Origin: Chiloscyllium plagiosum
Lineage: Eukaryota
NCBI RefSeq assembly: GCF_004010195.1
Contig: NC_057711.1
Span: 76,215,817-76,279,816 of the forward strand
Length of the DNA: 64,000 bases
Direction: 5' to 3'
This document shows positions 1 to 12,859 of the stretch, piece after piece; the first letter of the stretch is position 1; each line of letters starts with the position of its first letter. Position numbers and translations under genes: made by a program. Below the pieces are notes generated by a model. That model was not told the origin of the DNA, did no database searches, and was given only the letters and a program-made list of their open reading frames with translations.

Positions 1-634
1 TCCAAAGAATATGTAGTGCAGAACTGAAATTTGTACATCATCTATCAGATTAAAATCCCTAAAGGTGACCAGTCTACGAGCTGAAGCATGTACGTGTTTG
101 TAGCTGAGTAATTTGCTGTCTATAAAAGGCTTTTAAAGCATAAAATGGCCTCCAGACCTTATGGCCTGTGGAATATGTCAGCCTGAACAAATGGTTCTTG
201 TTGATCAACCTGACAAGAGATCTTCTCACTAGTTATTAGTTTGACTCATAGTAATTGAAAATCACTTTATAAAATGAGTATGGTGCACTATTTTTGTTCT
301 TCTCTTGTAATTATTTTAAATTTGCCTTGTATAGAGACAGCAAGGAGTTCCTGTTGCAAAGATTTCTTGTCAATGGTGCTCTAATGTGTGCAACCAACTT
401 CAGTCTACAGCAGGGCTTGAAAATTGCCTAGTCTCCAGAACGAAATGAGTCTATGAAAAAATAATGGCATGTTTTGTATCATGTAGCATTTCTCTGTGAA
501 AGATGATCATTAGGGTCAGAGTAACACTTGAGATCATCTAGATTAAATTAAACTGAATAATTTATTGAAGGTAGGTAAAGATAAAGGTTGAAAATTTCAA
601 TGAAAACAATAGTTTTTCTTTCTTTCCTTTCTAG

Positions 635-739
635 ATTGGGTCCTTGAAAGACTACTACCACTTTTACCACAGTAGGACAATGAAACGATCAACAATTTCT
701 ATTCGAGGAACTCATAGCTTCATCTCAATGGAACCAAAG
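635..739 (+). CDS. PCSK5: PCSK5 internal coding exon (prodomain; probably exon 2), phase 0/0, IGSLKDYYHFYHSRTMKRSTISIRGTHSFISMEPK
   Basis: Polypyrimidine tract plus ctag acceptor ending at 634, AAG|gtgtgt donor at 740, 105 bp = 35 codons. The peptide matches the PC5/6 prodomain as I recall it (DYYHFYHSRTxKRS...RGTHSFISMEPK), including the basic secondary cleavage motif RTMKR. Confidence 0.96.
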
Positions 740-1210
740 GTGTGTAGATTCTGGTAGTTTTTTTCATTTCTAACAGAGTAGCAGAGATGGGTTGTTTAAT
801 TATTAATTAGTAATGTCACATGAGGAAATGTTCTGTGATTAAGTGCTGAATTAGGAAGAATTGACGCATGCTACACAGTAACCATGAAAAGAACAATAGA
901 GATGAGTGAGTTAGACTTGGAGCACATACAGTAGATAATATGGAATAGTGAGATAACCAAAGGGAGTGACACATTTCTTGGCTATAATTAATCAAGGTGA
1001 CATTTGAGTGTTGCAATAATGACTCTTAGACCTGTTAAGGATTTTATTGTTGTAATATTTATAAGCAATGTGGTTGGGGGGGCAGAATTTAAGAGCAGAT
1101 GGTATTATATCTAATTAAACTTAAAATATGTACACTGCTAATTTTGAAGTGAGCTGAAAATGTGTTGCTGGAAAAGCGCAGCAGGTCAGGGAGCATCCAA
1201 GGAACAGGAG

Positions 1211-1247
1211 AATCGACGTTTCGGGCATAAGCCCTTCTTCAGGAATG
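1211..1247 (-). ncRNA. Minimal type I hammerhead ribozyme motif in the PLE terminus
   Basis: The minus strand reads cattc-CTGAAGA-a-gggc-ttat-gccc-GAAA-CGTC-gatt: core boxes, a 4-bp stem II and a GUC triplet. Activity is not shown. Confidence 0.7.
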
Positions 1248-3379
1248 AGGAAAGTGTGTCCAGCAGGCTAAGATAAAAGGTAGGGAGGAGGGACTTGGGG
1301 GAGGGGCGTTGGAAATGCCATAGGTGGAAGGAGGTCAAGGTGAGGGTGATGGGCCGGAGTGGGGTGGGGGNNNNNNNNNNNNNNNNNNNNNNNNNNNNNN
1401 NNNNNNNNNNNNNNNNNNNNNNNNNNNNNNNNNNNNNNNNNNNNNNNNNNNNNNNNNNNNNNNNNNNNNNNNNNNNNNNNNNNNNNNNNNNNNNNNNNNN
1501 NNNNNNNNNNNNNNNNNNNNNNNNNNNNNNNNNNNNNNNNNNNNNNNNNNNNNNNNNNNNNNNNNNNNNNNNNNNNNNNNNNNNNNNNNNNNNNNNNNNN
1601 NNNNNCTGACGAGGGAGTCACGGAGGGAGTGGTCTTTTCGGAACGCTGATAGGGGAGGGGAGGGAAATATATCCTTGGTGGTGGGGTCCGTTTGGAGGTG
1701 GCGGAAATGACGGCGGATGATATGCTGTATATGGAGGTTGGTGGGGTGGTAGTTGAGGACCTGTGGGGTTCTGTCCTGGTGGCGATTGGAGGGGTGGGGC
1801 TCAAGGGCCGAGGAGCGGGAAGTGGAGGAGATGCGGTGGAGGGCATCGTCGACCACGTCTGGGGGGGAAATTGCGGTCTTTGAAGAAGGAGGCCATCTGT
1901 GTTGAACGGATTTAGAACTGGTCCTCCTGGGAGCAGGTGCGGTGGAGACGAAGGAATTGGGAAAATGGGATGGCGTTTTTACAGGGGGCAGGATGGGAGG
2001 AGCTGTAGTCTAAGTAGCTGCGGGAGTCAGTCGGTTTATAGTAAATGTCCGTGTTGATTCGGTCGCCCGAACCTATGTTCGGGACACCACCCATGCCCTC
2101 CACCTCCTCCATGATTTTCGCTTCCCCGGTCCCCAACGCCTTATCTTCACTATGGACATCCAGTCCCTGTACACCTCCATCCCTCATCACGAATGGCTCA
2201 AAGCCCTTCGCTTCTTCCTTTCCCTCCGTACCAACCAGTACCCTTCCACTGACACCCTCCTTCGACTGACTGAACTGGTCCTCACCCTGAACAACTTCTC
2301 TTTCCAATCCTCCCACTTCCTCCAAACCAAAGGAGTAGCCATGGGCACCCGCATGGGCTCCAGCTATGCCTGCCACTTCGTAGGATATGTGGAACAGTCC
2401 ATCTTCCACAGCTACACTGGCACCACCCCCCACCTTTTCCTCCACTACATCAATGACTGTATCAGCGCTGCCTCGTGCTCCCACGAGGAAGTTGAACAGG
2501 TGATCCACTTTACCAATACTTTCCACCCCAACCTCAAGTTCACCTGGACCATCTCAGACTCCTCCCTCCCCTTCCTAGACCTTTCCATTTCTNNNNNNNN
2601 NNNNNNNNNNNNNNNNNNNNNNNNNNNNNNNNNNNNNNNNNNNNNNNNNNNNNNNNNNNNNNNNNNNNNNNNNNNNNNNNNNNNNNNNNNNNNNNNNNNN
2701 NNNNNNNNNNNNNNNNNNNNNNNNNNNNNNNNNNNNNNNNNNNNNNNNNNNNNNNNNNNNNNNNNNNNNNNNNNNNNNNNNNNNNNNNNNNNNNNNNNNN
2801 NNNNNNNNNNNNNNNNNNNNNNNNNNNNNNNNNNNNNNNNNNNNNNNNNNNNNNNNNNNNNNNNNNNNNNNNNNNNNNNNNNNNNNNNNNNNNNNNNNNN
2901 NNNNNNNNNNNNNNNNNNNNNNNNNNNNNNNNNNNNNNNNNNNNNNNNNNNNNNNNNNNNNNNNNNNNNNNNNNNNNNNNNNNNNNNNNNNNNNNNNNNN
3001 NNNNNNNNNNNNNNNNNNNNNNNNNNNNNNNNNNNNNNNNNNNNNNNNNNNNNNNNNNNNNNNNNNNNNNNNNNNNNNNNNNNNNNNNNNNNNNNNNNNN
3101 NNNNNNNNNNNNNNNNNNNNNNNNNNNNNNNNNNNNNNNNNNNNNNNNNNNNNNNNNNNNNNNNNNNNNNNNNNNNNNNNNNNNNNNNNNNNNNNNNNNN
3201 NNNNNNNNNNNNNNNNNNNNNNNNNNNNNNNTGCAATCTTCTTCCTGACCTCTCCGCCCCCACCCCACTCCGGCCTATCACCCTCACCTTGACCTCCTTC
3301 CACCTATGGCATTTCCAACGCCCCTCCCCCAAGTCCCTCCTACCTACCTTTTATCTTAGCCTGCTGGACACACTTTCCT

Positions 3380-3416
3380 CATTCCTGAAGAAGGGCTTAT
3401 GTCCGAAACGTCGATT
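3380..3416 (+). ncRNA. Minimal type I hammerhead ribozyme motif, sense to PCSK5 pre-mRNA
   Basis: cattc-CTGAAGA-a-gggc-ttat-gtcc-GAAA-CGTC-gatt; stem II is kept through one G-U pair. Confidence 0.65.
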
Positions 3417-6329
3417 CTCCTGTTCCTTGGCTGCTGCCTGGCCTGCGCTTTTCCAGCAACACATCTTCAGCTCTGATCTCCAGCATCTGCAGTCCTCACT
3501 TTAATCTTGAAGTGAACACTGGAAAGTTTACCTAAAACAGTGATGTTTATTGTAGTTGTTATACAACATGACAGTGGAATTTACAATCGGTGAACTACTA
3601 TATGGAAGGCATCTTTCACATTCATGCTGATCTGATTTCTATCATGTACAGTCATAGAAATTTGTATCTACGGACATAAGGAAATTATTGGTTTCAGTGA
3701 AAAACAACATAACATTGAAGAAATTTAATGGGGAGAAAGATCCTTTAAAAAGAACTGTTCTTGAAATCTGGACCAATTATAAAGATTTGCATGTTTGTGT
3801 GGCATTCTCTCATAAATTAGTGCTCCATTGGGCAGTGAAATTAGCATTTAATGTCACAAAGTAACTACAATATAGTTGATGGTTTGGATGTTTAAATAAG
3901 ACTTCAAATTAGAATTAATGTCTTTCAAATAGGTCTAGAACCAGCTGAAATAAAATTGAAATATCAAACTAATTTCCACTAATTTAACTGAGCTACAAAA
4001 GTTGAACCTGAGCCACATGTTTTTGTTGTTGCTGTAGGATCTCACTGTGTTTCAGTCCTCTGGAACCATAATAGGACCTTGACTTTTGCTAATCAGTAAA
4101 CTATTTGTACAGTTCATAAGGTTGAGGTGTACGGCATTTGTTGTCCTAAAATTTCATATCCACTATAGATAAGAGAGTTTAGCTAAAATTGATGTTGAAA
4201 ATAACTTAAGGTATATTTTAAGTTGCAATTCTGCAAAATTGTTGCCATTTTATAGCATGTAAAAATGATTTGATTTGAGTGAATGTACAGAACAACCTAA
4301 AATAAAGGTGACCTTGGCCAATTTTCTGCACATACAATCAAAGGACTGTAATGCTGTGGTGCTCATTAACTACCTCCCGGTTTTCCTTCCACTTACCAAG
4401 TTTGGGTGTCTCAAACCAAGATTTGGTATTACTAATTATTTTGCCACCTTTTTTAAAAATTATTTTTAACTTTGTCCTCCCATTATGTATTTGTCACCTA
4501 GCTTCTTTAATATTAAATGTATACTTCCCATATGTGACCTTAGTCCATTTGCAATCTGGTTCCAGTTGGAATTTTGTAACTTTTCACTTTCTGCATTTGA
4601 GTGGACCTCAGCTAAGGCACTTTGGGAATTCTGATAGTTACAACTAAAGTATAATTTAAAAACTAATTTAAATACAAGCTGATTTCATAAAGATCATTTG
4701 AGTTGCACAGAAGTGGACAATGACCACCATCATCTGTTTTCCTTTTTATTGTTAAACCTTTCTCTGGAAGATTCCAGTTGATTAACTTTTTTATGTATCC
4801 ATATGCTAAGCAGTACTGTCATCTGAAATGTTCTTTAATTCTGCATTGAGAAAAGGCCATTTCAGAATTTTCTTCTTGGTCTGAGTTGCATGTCAGACTT
4901 CGCTTAAAAAGCACAAACTCATGAGCAAAACCAGCAACATTCCTTATCATTAGAGGTGTCATCTCAAATTACTGCTTTTGGCTCATGACCTCTCAATTAC
5001 ATTGTTGTCACATTTGTATCTTGTTTCTAATTCCCTCTTGGAGGCTCCTCAGTCCTTACTTGTTTATTTTCTCTCAGCATTAAATGTCCTTGCCTGAAGT
5101 GTGACAAATATTGCCTCTGTTACTAAGTTCCCCCTCGATCTTGCTGTAATGTTTGATTAAAACTAATAACAGCTAACAACTTCTAATATCTCAATACAAT
5201 TACATTTCTATGACCTGCCTTGCACTATTCTGTTTGCATCCACTTGTTATCTTTTATTCAAACTGTTCACTCAACATCTTCAGCTGTTTTGCCTACAGAA
5301 GCAGAACCCAGACTGACTTTCCTACATGAGATATTAAATGGGTCTAGACTTCCTCCCAATCAACAGTGAGAAGACAAAATCATTGTGTTCATCACCTAAT
5401 TTTAGCTACTTTAATTTCATCTTTCCTTCCTGGCTGTTTTGTTGGCTTCACTGAATTCTGTTTGTACCTAAGCTCAGTTTCTTATTTAGTTTCTTTTGTG
5501 CTATAAAGATGACTTTTTTCCCCACTTCTGGTATTGTCTTTCACTTCCCATATCCCTCCATTGCTTAAACATTAATGTGTTCCTATTTGTTGCTCCAGAA
5601 CTGATTTGCTCCAATACTTGCCTTTATTAATCATCTATTAAAGTCACAACTTTCAGCAGGTTGCTTTCCACACTTGGCAAATAAGACTTTTGTTACTCAA
5701 ATGACCAGCTTAAAATCCAAGGGATCTTTAAATCCCTCTACACCCTAATCCTACCCTACCTCTGCACCCTAGTTCCATTTTGAGTTCTTGCTCTCTAATG
5801 AATAATGTTTCCTTGTTTCTTAATTTTGTTCTCTCTTTCCTTCCCCTTCGCTGCATCACTGGTGCTGGTTCCTTTAGAAGTTTTCAATCACTTTCTCTGT
5901 ATCCCTTCTGAAAAAAACACAGCTAAAAATAATCTCTTACGGTTTACTTCCAAATCTCCCCTTTCCAGGCCTCTACTAATGATTAAGAGGCATGAGTTCA
6001 ACTCGCTATGTTGATAGCTGCAGAATTTGAAATAAAGTTAATTAGAACTGAAAATCTAGTATCTGTAATGATGATCATGAAACAACTGGATTATCCTAAA
6101 ATGACAGTTGATTCACCAATGTGCTTTAGGGAAGGATATCTGTCATTATTCAATCCGGCTAATTAGCCAATCTGATTCAGACACTGAGCAAAGTGAGTCA
6201 TTCTTAACTGTCCTCCTGAAATCGGTGCTAAGTTTTTGTTTTACAAAGTTATTATAGCAAAATGATAAAACCATTCAAATTAAAGATTGTGTCAAATAAA
6301 GTTTCACCTGTTCAGTGAACTGCAAATTT

Positions 6330-7150
6330 CTTCCAAACATCTGGAGACTTGAAAAATTTGGAACAACTAAGTCCATAGATTAATTGAACAATGTCATATA
6401 GTCATTCTCATAGAACCATACATTACAATTAATGTTTTTGACTTCTCCATCACCATCCCTGGGTATGTCATGTCCCACTGACATGATAGGGCCACTAAAG
6501 ATGGTATAGAGTCAATATTGAGAGAGCCTGGTATTTGACAGTGACGTCAGGCTCTGTGAAATTTCATGGCACCTATCAGTCATGGGCAAAAAAAAACCTC
6601 CGCAGATAACCATCTAACAGCGTCTTTCAACTAACAAGTTAGTATTCCTCCATGTTGAACATCACTTGGAAGAAGTATGGAGGTTAGTGACAGTACTGAG
6701 TGTATTCTGGCTGCAGGGTTTCAATAGCCATTGTACAAGTGGTTCAGTAATGCTGGGTGAGCCCTGATGGATAAAGCTGCTGGACTGGACTTGATGTAGG
6801 TGATGAGAACATCAGCCAGAAGGAAGAACCTGTGACCTCATTCTTGCCAATCCACTTGTCCAAGAACTTATGTCCACGCAGTAATGGTTAAAATCCATGT
6901 GGAGATGACGATCCGTTCTTTTGTACTATGTTGCCCAAATTATGAAAGATTAGTAGATTCATAACAAATATAGTGGCCAAAACTAGGCATCCAAGAGGCA
7001 CTGTGGACAATTAGCAGCAGAATTATATTCCAGCACAGACTGTAACCTCATTCCAGACTAGCCCTCACCCTCTCATTTATCAGCAAAAGAATAAATTAAT
7101 CCTTGTTCAATAGAATTGGAGCAGAACACTATGGGATCTGTAGTAGGCCT
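6330..7150 (+). mobile_element. Highly decayed LINE endonuclease (APE)-region remnant
   Basis: A fragment near 6450 translates as ITIPGYVMSH*HDR, resembling a CR1/L2-group APE domain. Boundaries are approximate. Confidence 0.5.
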
Positions 7151-7189
7151 ACCTAAATGTGATGAAATTGCAATTCAAGAATGAATATG

Positions 7190-9000
7190 GAAGATAGAAC
7201 AGTATAGCACAGAACAGCCTATTGGCCTACCATGTTTGCAACAAATGTGATGCTATTCCAAACTAACCCCAATTCCCAGCACATGGTTTGTATCCTTCTA
7301 CTCCATGCCTGTTCATGTGTCTATCTAAATATCTGTTAAACGTTGTTATTGTATCTGGCTGTGCGTTCCAAATATCCACGACCCTCTGTGGTTGCCTTTC
7401 CACTTCCAACACACTTTTTTTTTAGGGGATAAAAAAACGAAGTTTGTCTAACCTCTCCTTGTAGCTAATAAAGTCCAATCCAGGCAAAATCCTGGTTAAG
7501 CATTTTTGCACCTACTCCAAAGCTTCCATATCCTTCCTGTTGTGTAGGGATGTGAACAGCACACAACATTCCAAATGTGGCCTAACTAAAGTTTTACACA
7601 GCTGCAGCATGACTTGCCAACTTCTATACTCAGTGCCGCAAATGATGAAGGCAATTATGCCGTACACCACCTCCTTTACCACTTTATCCCTTTAAGTTGC
7701 CACTTTCATGGAGCTATGGACTTACACCCCAAAATCCCTCTATATATCAATGCTCTTAGGGGCCTATCATTTATTACATGCCTTCTTGCATTTGACTTCC
7801 CAAAACATTTCACTTTACACTTGGCTGGATTAAACTCCATCTGCCATTTCTCTGGCCACCTTTCCAACTGATCTATATCCTGCTGTATCCTTTGACTGCC
7901 TTCCTTACTCCACCAATTTTCGTATAATTTGTAAATAGACCACATACATGATTTGAATGGAAACATATATCACAAACAACAGAAGTCCTAGCATTGATCC
8001 TTGTAGAGCACCACTGGTCACAGACCTACAGTCAGAAAAACACCCCTGCATAACTACCTTTTATCTTCTGTGGCCGACAGTTTTGTATCCAATTTAACAA
8101 CTCCCCAACGATTCAATGTAAATTTAATCTTCTGACCCACCCATGTCACATGCTTTAGTAAATTTCATGTAGACCCTATCCACTACCCCATCCTCCTCAA
8201 TTATCTTCATCTCTTCCTCAAAAAGCTGAATCAGATTTGAGAAATGATCTCCTCCAAACAAAGCCATGCTGACTCTCCTGAATAAGTCCATTCCTTTTTA
8301 AATGTGAGTAAATCCTGTACCTAAGAATCTTCTCCAATAATTTCCCACCACTGACATAAGGCTCTCTGGCCTATATTTTCCTGGATTATCCCTGTTGCCC
8401 TCCTTTTTATTAAGGTACAAGATTGGCTATTCTTTAGTCTTCTGGGACCTTGCCTTTGGCGAAAGAGGATACAAGATCTTGCCAAGGTCTCAGCAATCTC
8501 CTGTCTTGCTTCTCTCCATATCCTGTGATAGATCCCATCTGGCCATGGGGACTTAATCTTTTTGAAGGCACCAACACCGCATCCTTCTAAATATTGTAGT
8601 GTTCTCGAATATCAACATTCCCCTCCCTAATCTTACCATTATCCATTCCTTTCCTTGGTAACTACCAATGTAAAGTACTTATTAAGGGTCCCCCCTTTAT
8701 CCTTGAGTGGACCTACCCTTTCTGTAGATACGGAAAAGCGCAGCAGGTCAGGCAGCATCTAGGGAACAGGAGAATCGACGTTTCGGGCATTAGCCCTTCT
8801 TCAGGCTAATGCCCGAAATGTCGATTCTCCTATTCCCTAGATGCTGCCTGACCTGCTGCGCTTTTCCAGCAACACATTTCCATCTATGATCTCCAGCATC
8901 TGCAGACCTCACTTTCTCCTTTCTGTAGATACCCCTTGCTCTTAACATTTTGTATGAAATATCTTTGGATTCTTTTTAATCCAAACTGCCAAGTTCATTT
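7190..9000 (-). mobile_element. Old CR1 LINE 3' portion, interrupted by a PLE hairpin at 8732
   Basis: Minus-strand IQQDIDQLERWPEKWQMEFNPAKCKV (ORF 7706-7966) and a CR1-type 3' tail near 7190. Confidence 0.8.
8732..8917 (+). mobile_element. Short PLE-derived fold-back element
   Basis: 64-bp inverted arms (8732-8795 / 8804-8867, 2 mismatches). 15-bp TSD cctttctgtagatac at 8717-8731 and 8918-8932. Same terminus as the 1153-3501 element. Confidence 0.9.
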
Positions 9001-12000
9001 CAGCCTCCTCAGTGAAGCTCCGTGCTCCCTTCCAAGGTAGGTGTTTGACCTCCCCAGCAGCATTTTGACCTCACACCCTCCTCCACCATGGTGGCTCCCA
9101 AAATGGCCAATAACTCCCAAAATACTCCTCAGACACTTCTCAGCACTACTGTCTAGATGCACTGCCTCCTATTGAGCACTGGGTCCTTTGTGTTCCTCTT
9201 CTCAATTTTGGTGATTGAGCTGACTTCTCCCAGATCCTCCTTAGTCACTTCTCACTACTGCCCTCTGTCAAATGCTTGCACCCCAACCATGGAGAAGCTT
9301 GAATAATAACTGCACAAAAAAATAAATTTTATTAAATAACACAGTAAAGTATTATTGAGAAGAAAAACAGTATAAAGTGAGTGTACCAAGTGTGCGATTA
9401 GTGACTGTTACATTTATTTTGTTTTTCCTTTTGACCATTCCTGGTGGCATTCAGAGGTTTCTTTTTTTTTTACACACCAGAACTCTGGGGCATTTCTTTT
9501 TGTTTCTTCTGAAAAATTGATGTCACTCTGGAGCTCTGCTTTCACACACATCGCTTTCAAGTCTACTTTTCTTACTTGTGCAAGCAGTGATTATAAAGAA
9601 GAAAACACATTTTGAGCATTGCTGGACGGTGCGGAGAATATCTAGGCGTGGATTCTTCACAAATATTTTTCCTTGGCTTTACCAAGAAGTTTCATGAACA
9701 TTTTTTTTTACTGGTCTCCATAATGCCTCATCTCCTTGGGAAGGATATAGTTCTTTTAACAGTGTCAAATGCCTCATGCAGCATGTCCATGCAAATCTCT
9801 TTAAGATCTTGTTAGGGCAATCTCAACATTCTTCAAAGGAAGCACAATTTGGAGGGTTGTTTTGGACATTGACTTGTCTGAAAGATTTCACAACACATAC
9901 AAGTCGCTCAAGTACTACTTGACTCTTATTTTTTCTTTTCAAAATTAAAAGTCCTTCCTATTTTGCTTCAGTTTCTTATCCACTGTAAATTCAAACATCT
10001 CATCCCAAATTCCACTTTCCTTTTCCTACTCATCAGCTCATACACCAAAAAGACAATGAACATTGCTCTAAAACATCAATACAATCTGTGAATAGTTTGA
10101 GTATTGCTGATAAAGAAGTAAACCTCAGACACTTTGGTGGCCTTGTGTCCCCAAAGCAGTTTTGTGGCTTTTTGAATTGCTGTTCCATACCAAAACTATT
10201 TAAAAAAAAAAAAAAAAAATTGCATGCCCCAGGTTTCCAGCATTTCAGTAATCTGTCAGTTGTGGAGAAAGCATAGAATTCCTTCAGTTGCTGTGTTCTG
10301 CTCACTTATGCAAATATGAGCCCATACCTTGAATTGTGTGTCCAACATCAAAATAATTGTTTCTGACAATATACATCATTGCATTTTGGAGGAAAAATGA
10401 ACCCAAGGGTTAGTTGCTTTGAGAATGCCCCTTTTGAGCAAGTTTCAGTTTTTGGTAAACACTGTTGTGCTTTATGTAATTAACATCTGTTCTCAGCTGA
10501 AAAATTGGGAAGTCCAGGCTGATACTGAAGGCCCTGAATTTGGAAAATATTTCCATTTGTAATTGTGTCCACGGTTTTTTAGCTATCATTTTTGAATTCC
10601 TACAGTAAATACCCATTCTGAAAATTGAAATATATCTTTTGAAATTATTTCTTTCCAATCCTGTTTGAAGCAACAGTTGTCAAAGGAGAATCACTGGCTT
10701 TAATCAAATCCACGTGTTTCTATATACAGTGCTGGAATATTCTCTGTCCACGTTTCTGTTCATGAGTTCCAACATTGGATCTCTCTCCTAGGCATAGTTA
10801 TTGCAAATTTCTTTATCTATATTTATGCTACAGTCGATATGCCTGTGAGATGCATGTGCCTTGCACTCTTTTTTTTTGAAACAAAATAACTCAATGATAC
10901 ATGTCAATGAATGTTGTGCTTTTCATACAAATGTGCTGATTTCCATTTTTCTGCTGTCAGGGGCTGACATTGTGCCAATATGTTATTGAAGTATCTGTTC
11001 CCTTTTTGAAATGGTGAATGGTCATGTGGGTGTGGTGATGAGGATAACACTAGATTTTCTTTCTTGAATTTGCTGACTGGAAATTAATCTAAAATGTCTT
11101 GTACTGTTAGTCACCAATTAAGTTGGTAGGGCAAGTCATGTGTTGAATGGTGTCAGAAAAGATACAAGGCAGATCTAACATGACCTCTTGTCATTAGTAC
11201 TCTTCGACCTTCAAATCCCATGATTGACATTTAACCAATGAGGCTTGTAGAGTGATCACTGGAAAATACACATGCTCCAACAAACGTTTTGAATCATTTT
11301 CACATTAGTGATTGAATATACCTAAGTGAGCAGACCTTCCCCTTGGATTGAGCCACAAGGTTCCAAACAGTATAGACTTCAAAATTCTGGAACGGGTCAG
11401 AGGGGTTTCAATTCTCTGAAATCTGACTGTCTGATCCAATACTGAATGAACAGCTATCTGACTTGCAATATTCTCTCCAAATTGTAGATTATCCTGACTT
11501 GGAAATATCTCATTGTTGTTTCATCAACGCAAGCCAGCAATGTGGAACTCTACTTAACAGGTTAATTAGATGTCCTGGTTTTTCCAGAATAAGCCTAGTT
11601 TTTCACTAAGTGTCCTGGTGGCCTGACAGTTTCTAAATATGGCTCAAATGTCCCACTTTCAACTTTTTGCTTTTGTTGATCTATGAGCCTGGGGGAAGAA
11701 ATCTGAGGAAATTGCATCTTCCTACTTGTAAACTCCCATCACATTGCATGCAGTAGACCTGAATTTCTTGCTCCTCCTCCAATATTTTGGTATTGCTGAT
11801 GACGCCCTTTTTTAAGCTATCTCTGGAGTAGGATTGCCTCATATCATGAAAGACGTCATCAAGTGATCTCTGCAATCAACTGACCCTCCTCAATACTCTC
11901 CCAACATCTTAGACCATAAGACAAAGGAGCAGAAATTAGGTCATTCAGCCCATTGAGTCTCCTCCACCATTCAATCATGGCTGATAAATTTCTCAAGCCT

Positions 12001-12859
12001 AAACTCTGGCTTTCTCCCTGTAACCCTTGATCCCTTTGACAATCAAGAACCTATCTATCTCCATCTTTATGTATAATCATGTTAATTCTCACCTTTCCAT
12101 GGTTTTTCAATTTGTCTTGGTTTTGAGTTGAAAACATGATTCCCCTACAGTACCATCAGAAATACCTTCACCATACAGACTGGAGATTTAAGAAGATGGT
12201 TCATCAACATCTTCTCAAAGATGATTAGGGATGGGCAGTTCATGCTGGCAATGCTGGTGATGACTGCATCTAATTGAAAACAACTTTGACCAAAATTTGC
12301 ATATTTTTGATGTGCTTTAACTTTTTAAAAAATACAGCTAGTATGTAAATGTGAACTGCTTTTAGAGCAAACACAATATCAGGCAAGTAGTTGGATGAGG
12401 TGATTTAAGAGAGTGAATATATGAACATGTCTAAAAGACTAGATGGTGATAATCTGGGCCAAAATAATTGGAATAAATCTTTTGGTAAACTGCTCTGCGA
12501 AGTCCTCAGGTGATTAAAACTAGGTCATGATATTACAAGGACCACTGTTGCCTATAAATGTAATTAGTTTCTACGCTCATTTAATCCAGGATTTGAGAGC
12601 AATTAATGTATAGGTGGAAGTCGGTTTCTTGGCTTTTCATAATGTTACCGAAAGGCAGTATTTAAATGAATGTTGGAAAGGAGCAACGATAGATCTTCAG
12701 ATGTTGGAGGAAGAGATATTACTAGAAATGTTGTTACTGTGGTTTTGGAAAAGCATGAATGAAAGCCAGCAATGGCTGTACCAAACACTCTGCAACAGAA
12801 GGAGCATTATGAATGATGATGCACAGAATGATGATGATTCTCCATTGACTAGTAACTAC

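Larger units (their letters stand above)
1153..3501. mobile_element. Penelope-like retroelement, fold-back arrangement: minus-strand arm 1153-2070, plus-strand arm 2071-3501
   Basis: The + arm encodes PLE RT motifs (TMDIQSLYTSIPH, QTKGVAMGTRMG, HYINDC, LPFLDL). The - arm encodes the continuation (IYYKPTDSRSYLDYSSSHP..KNAIPFSQFLRLHRTCS). The two outer ends are reverse complements. TSD taattttgaagtga (1139-1152) / taatcttgaagtga (3502-3515). N gaps at 1371-1605 and 2593-3231. Confidence 0.9.

Noticed and set aside
1268..3504. Long ORFs in the track (up to 450 aa) across 1.3-3.5 kb
   Set aside because: They are inflated by N runs. The real residues are Penelope RT fragments or alternative frames, not a host gene.
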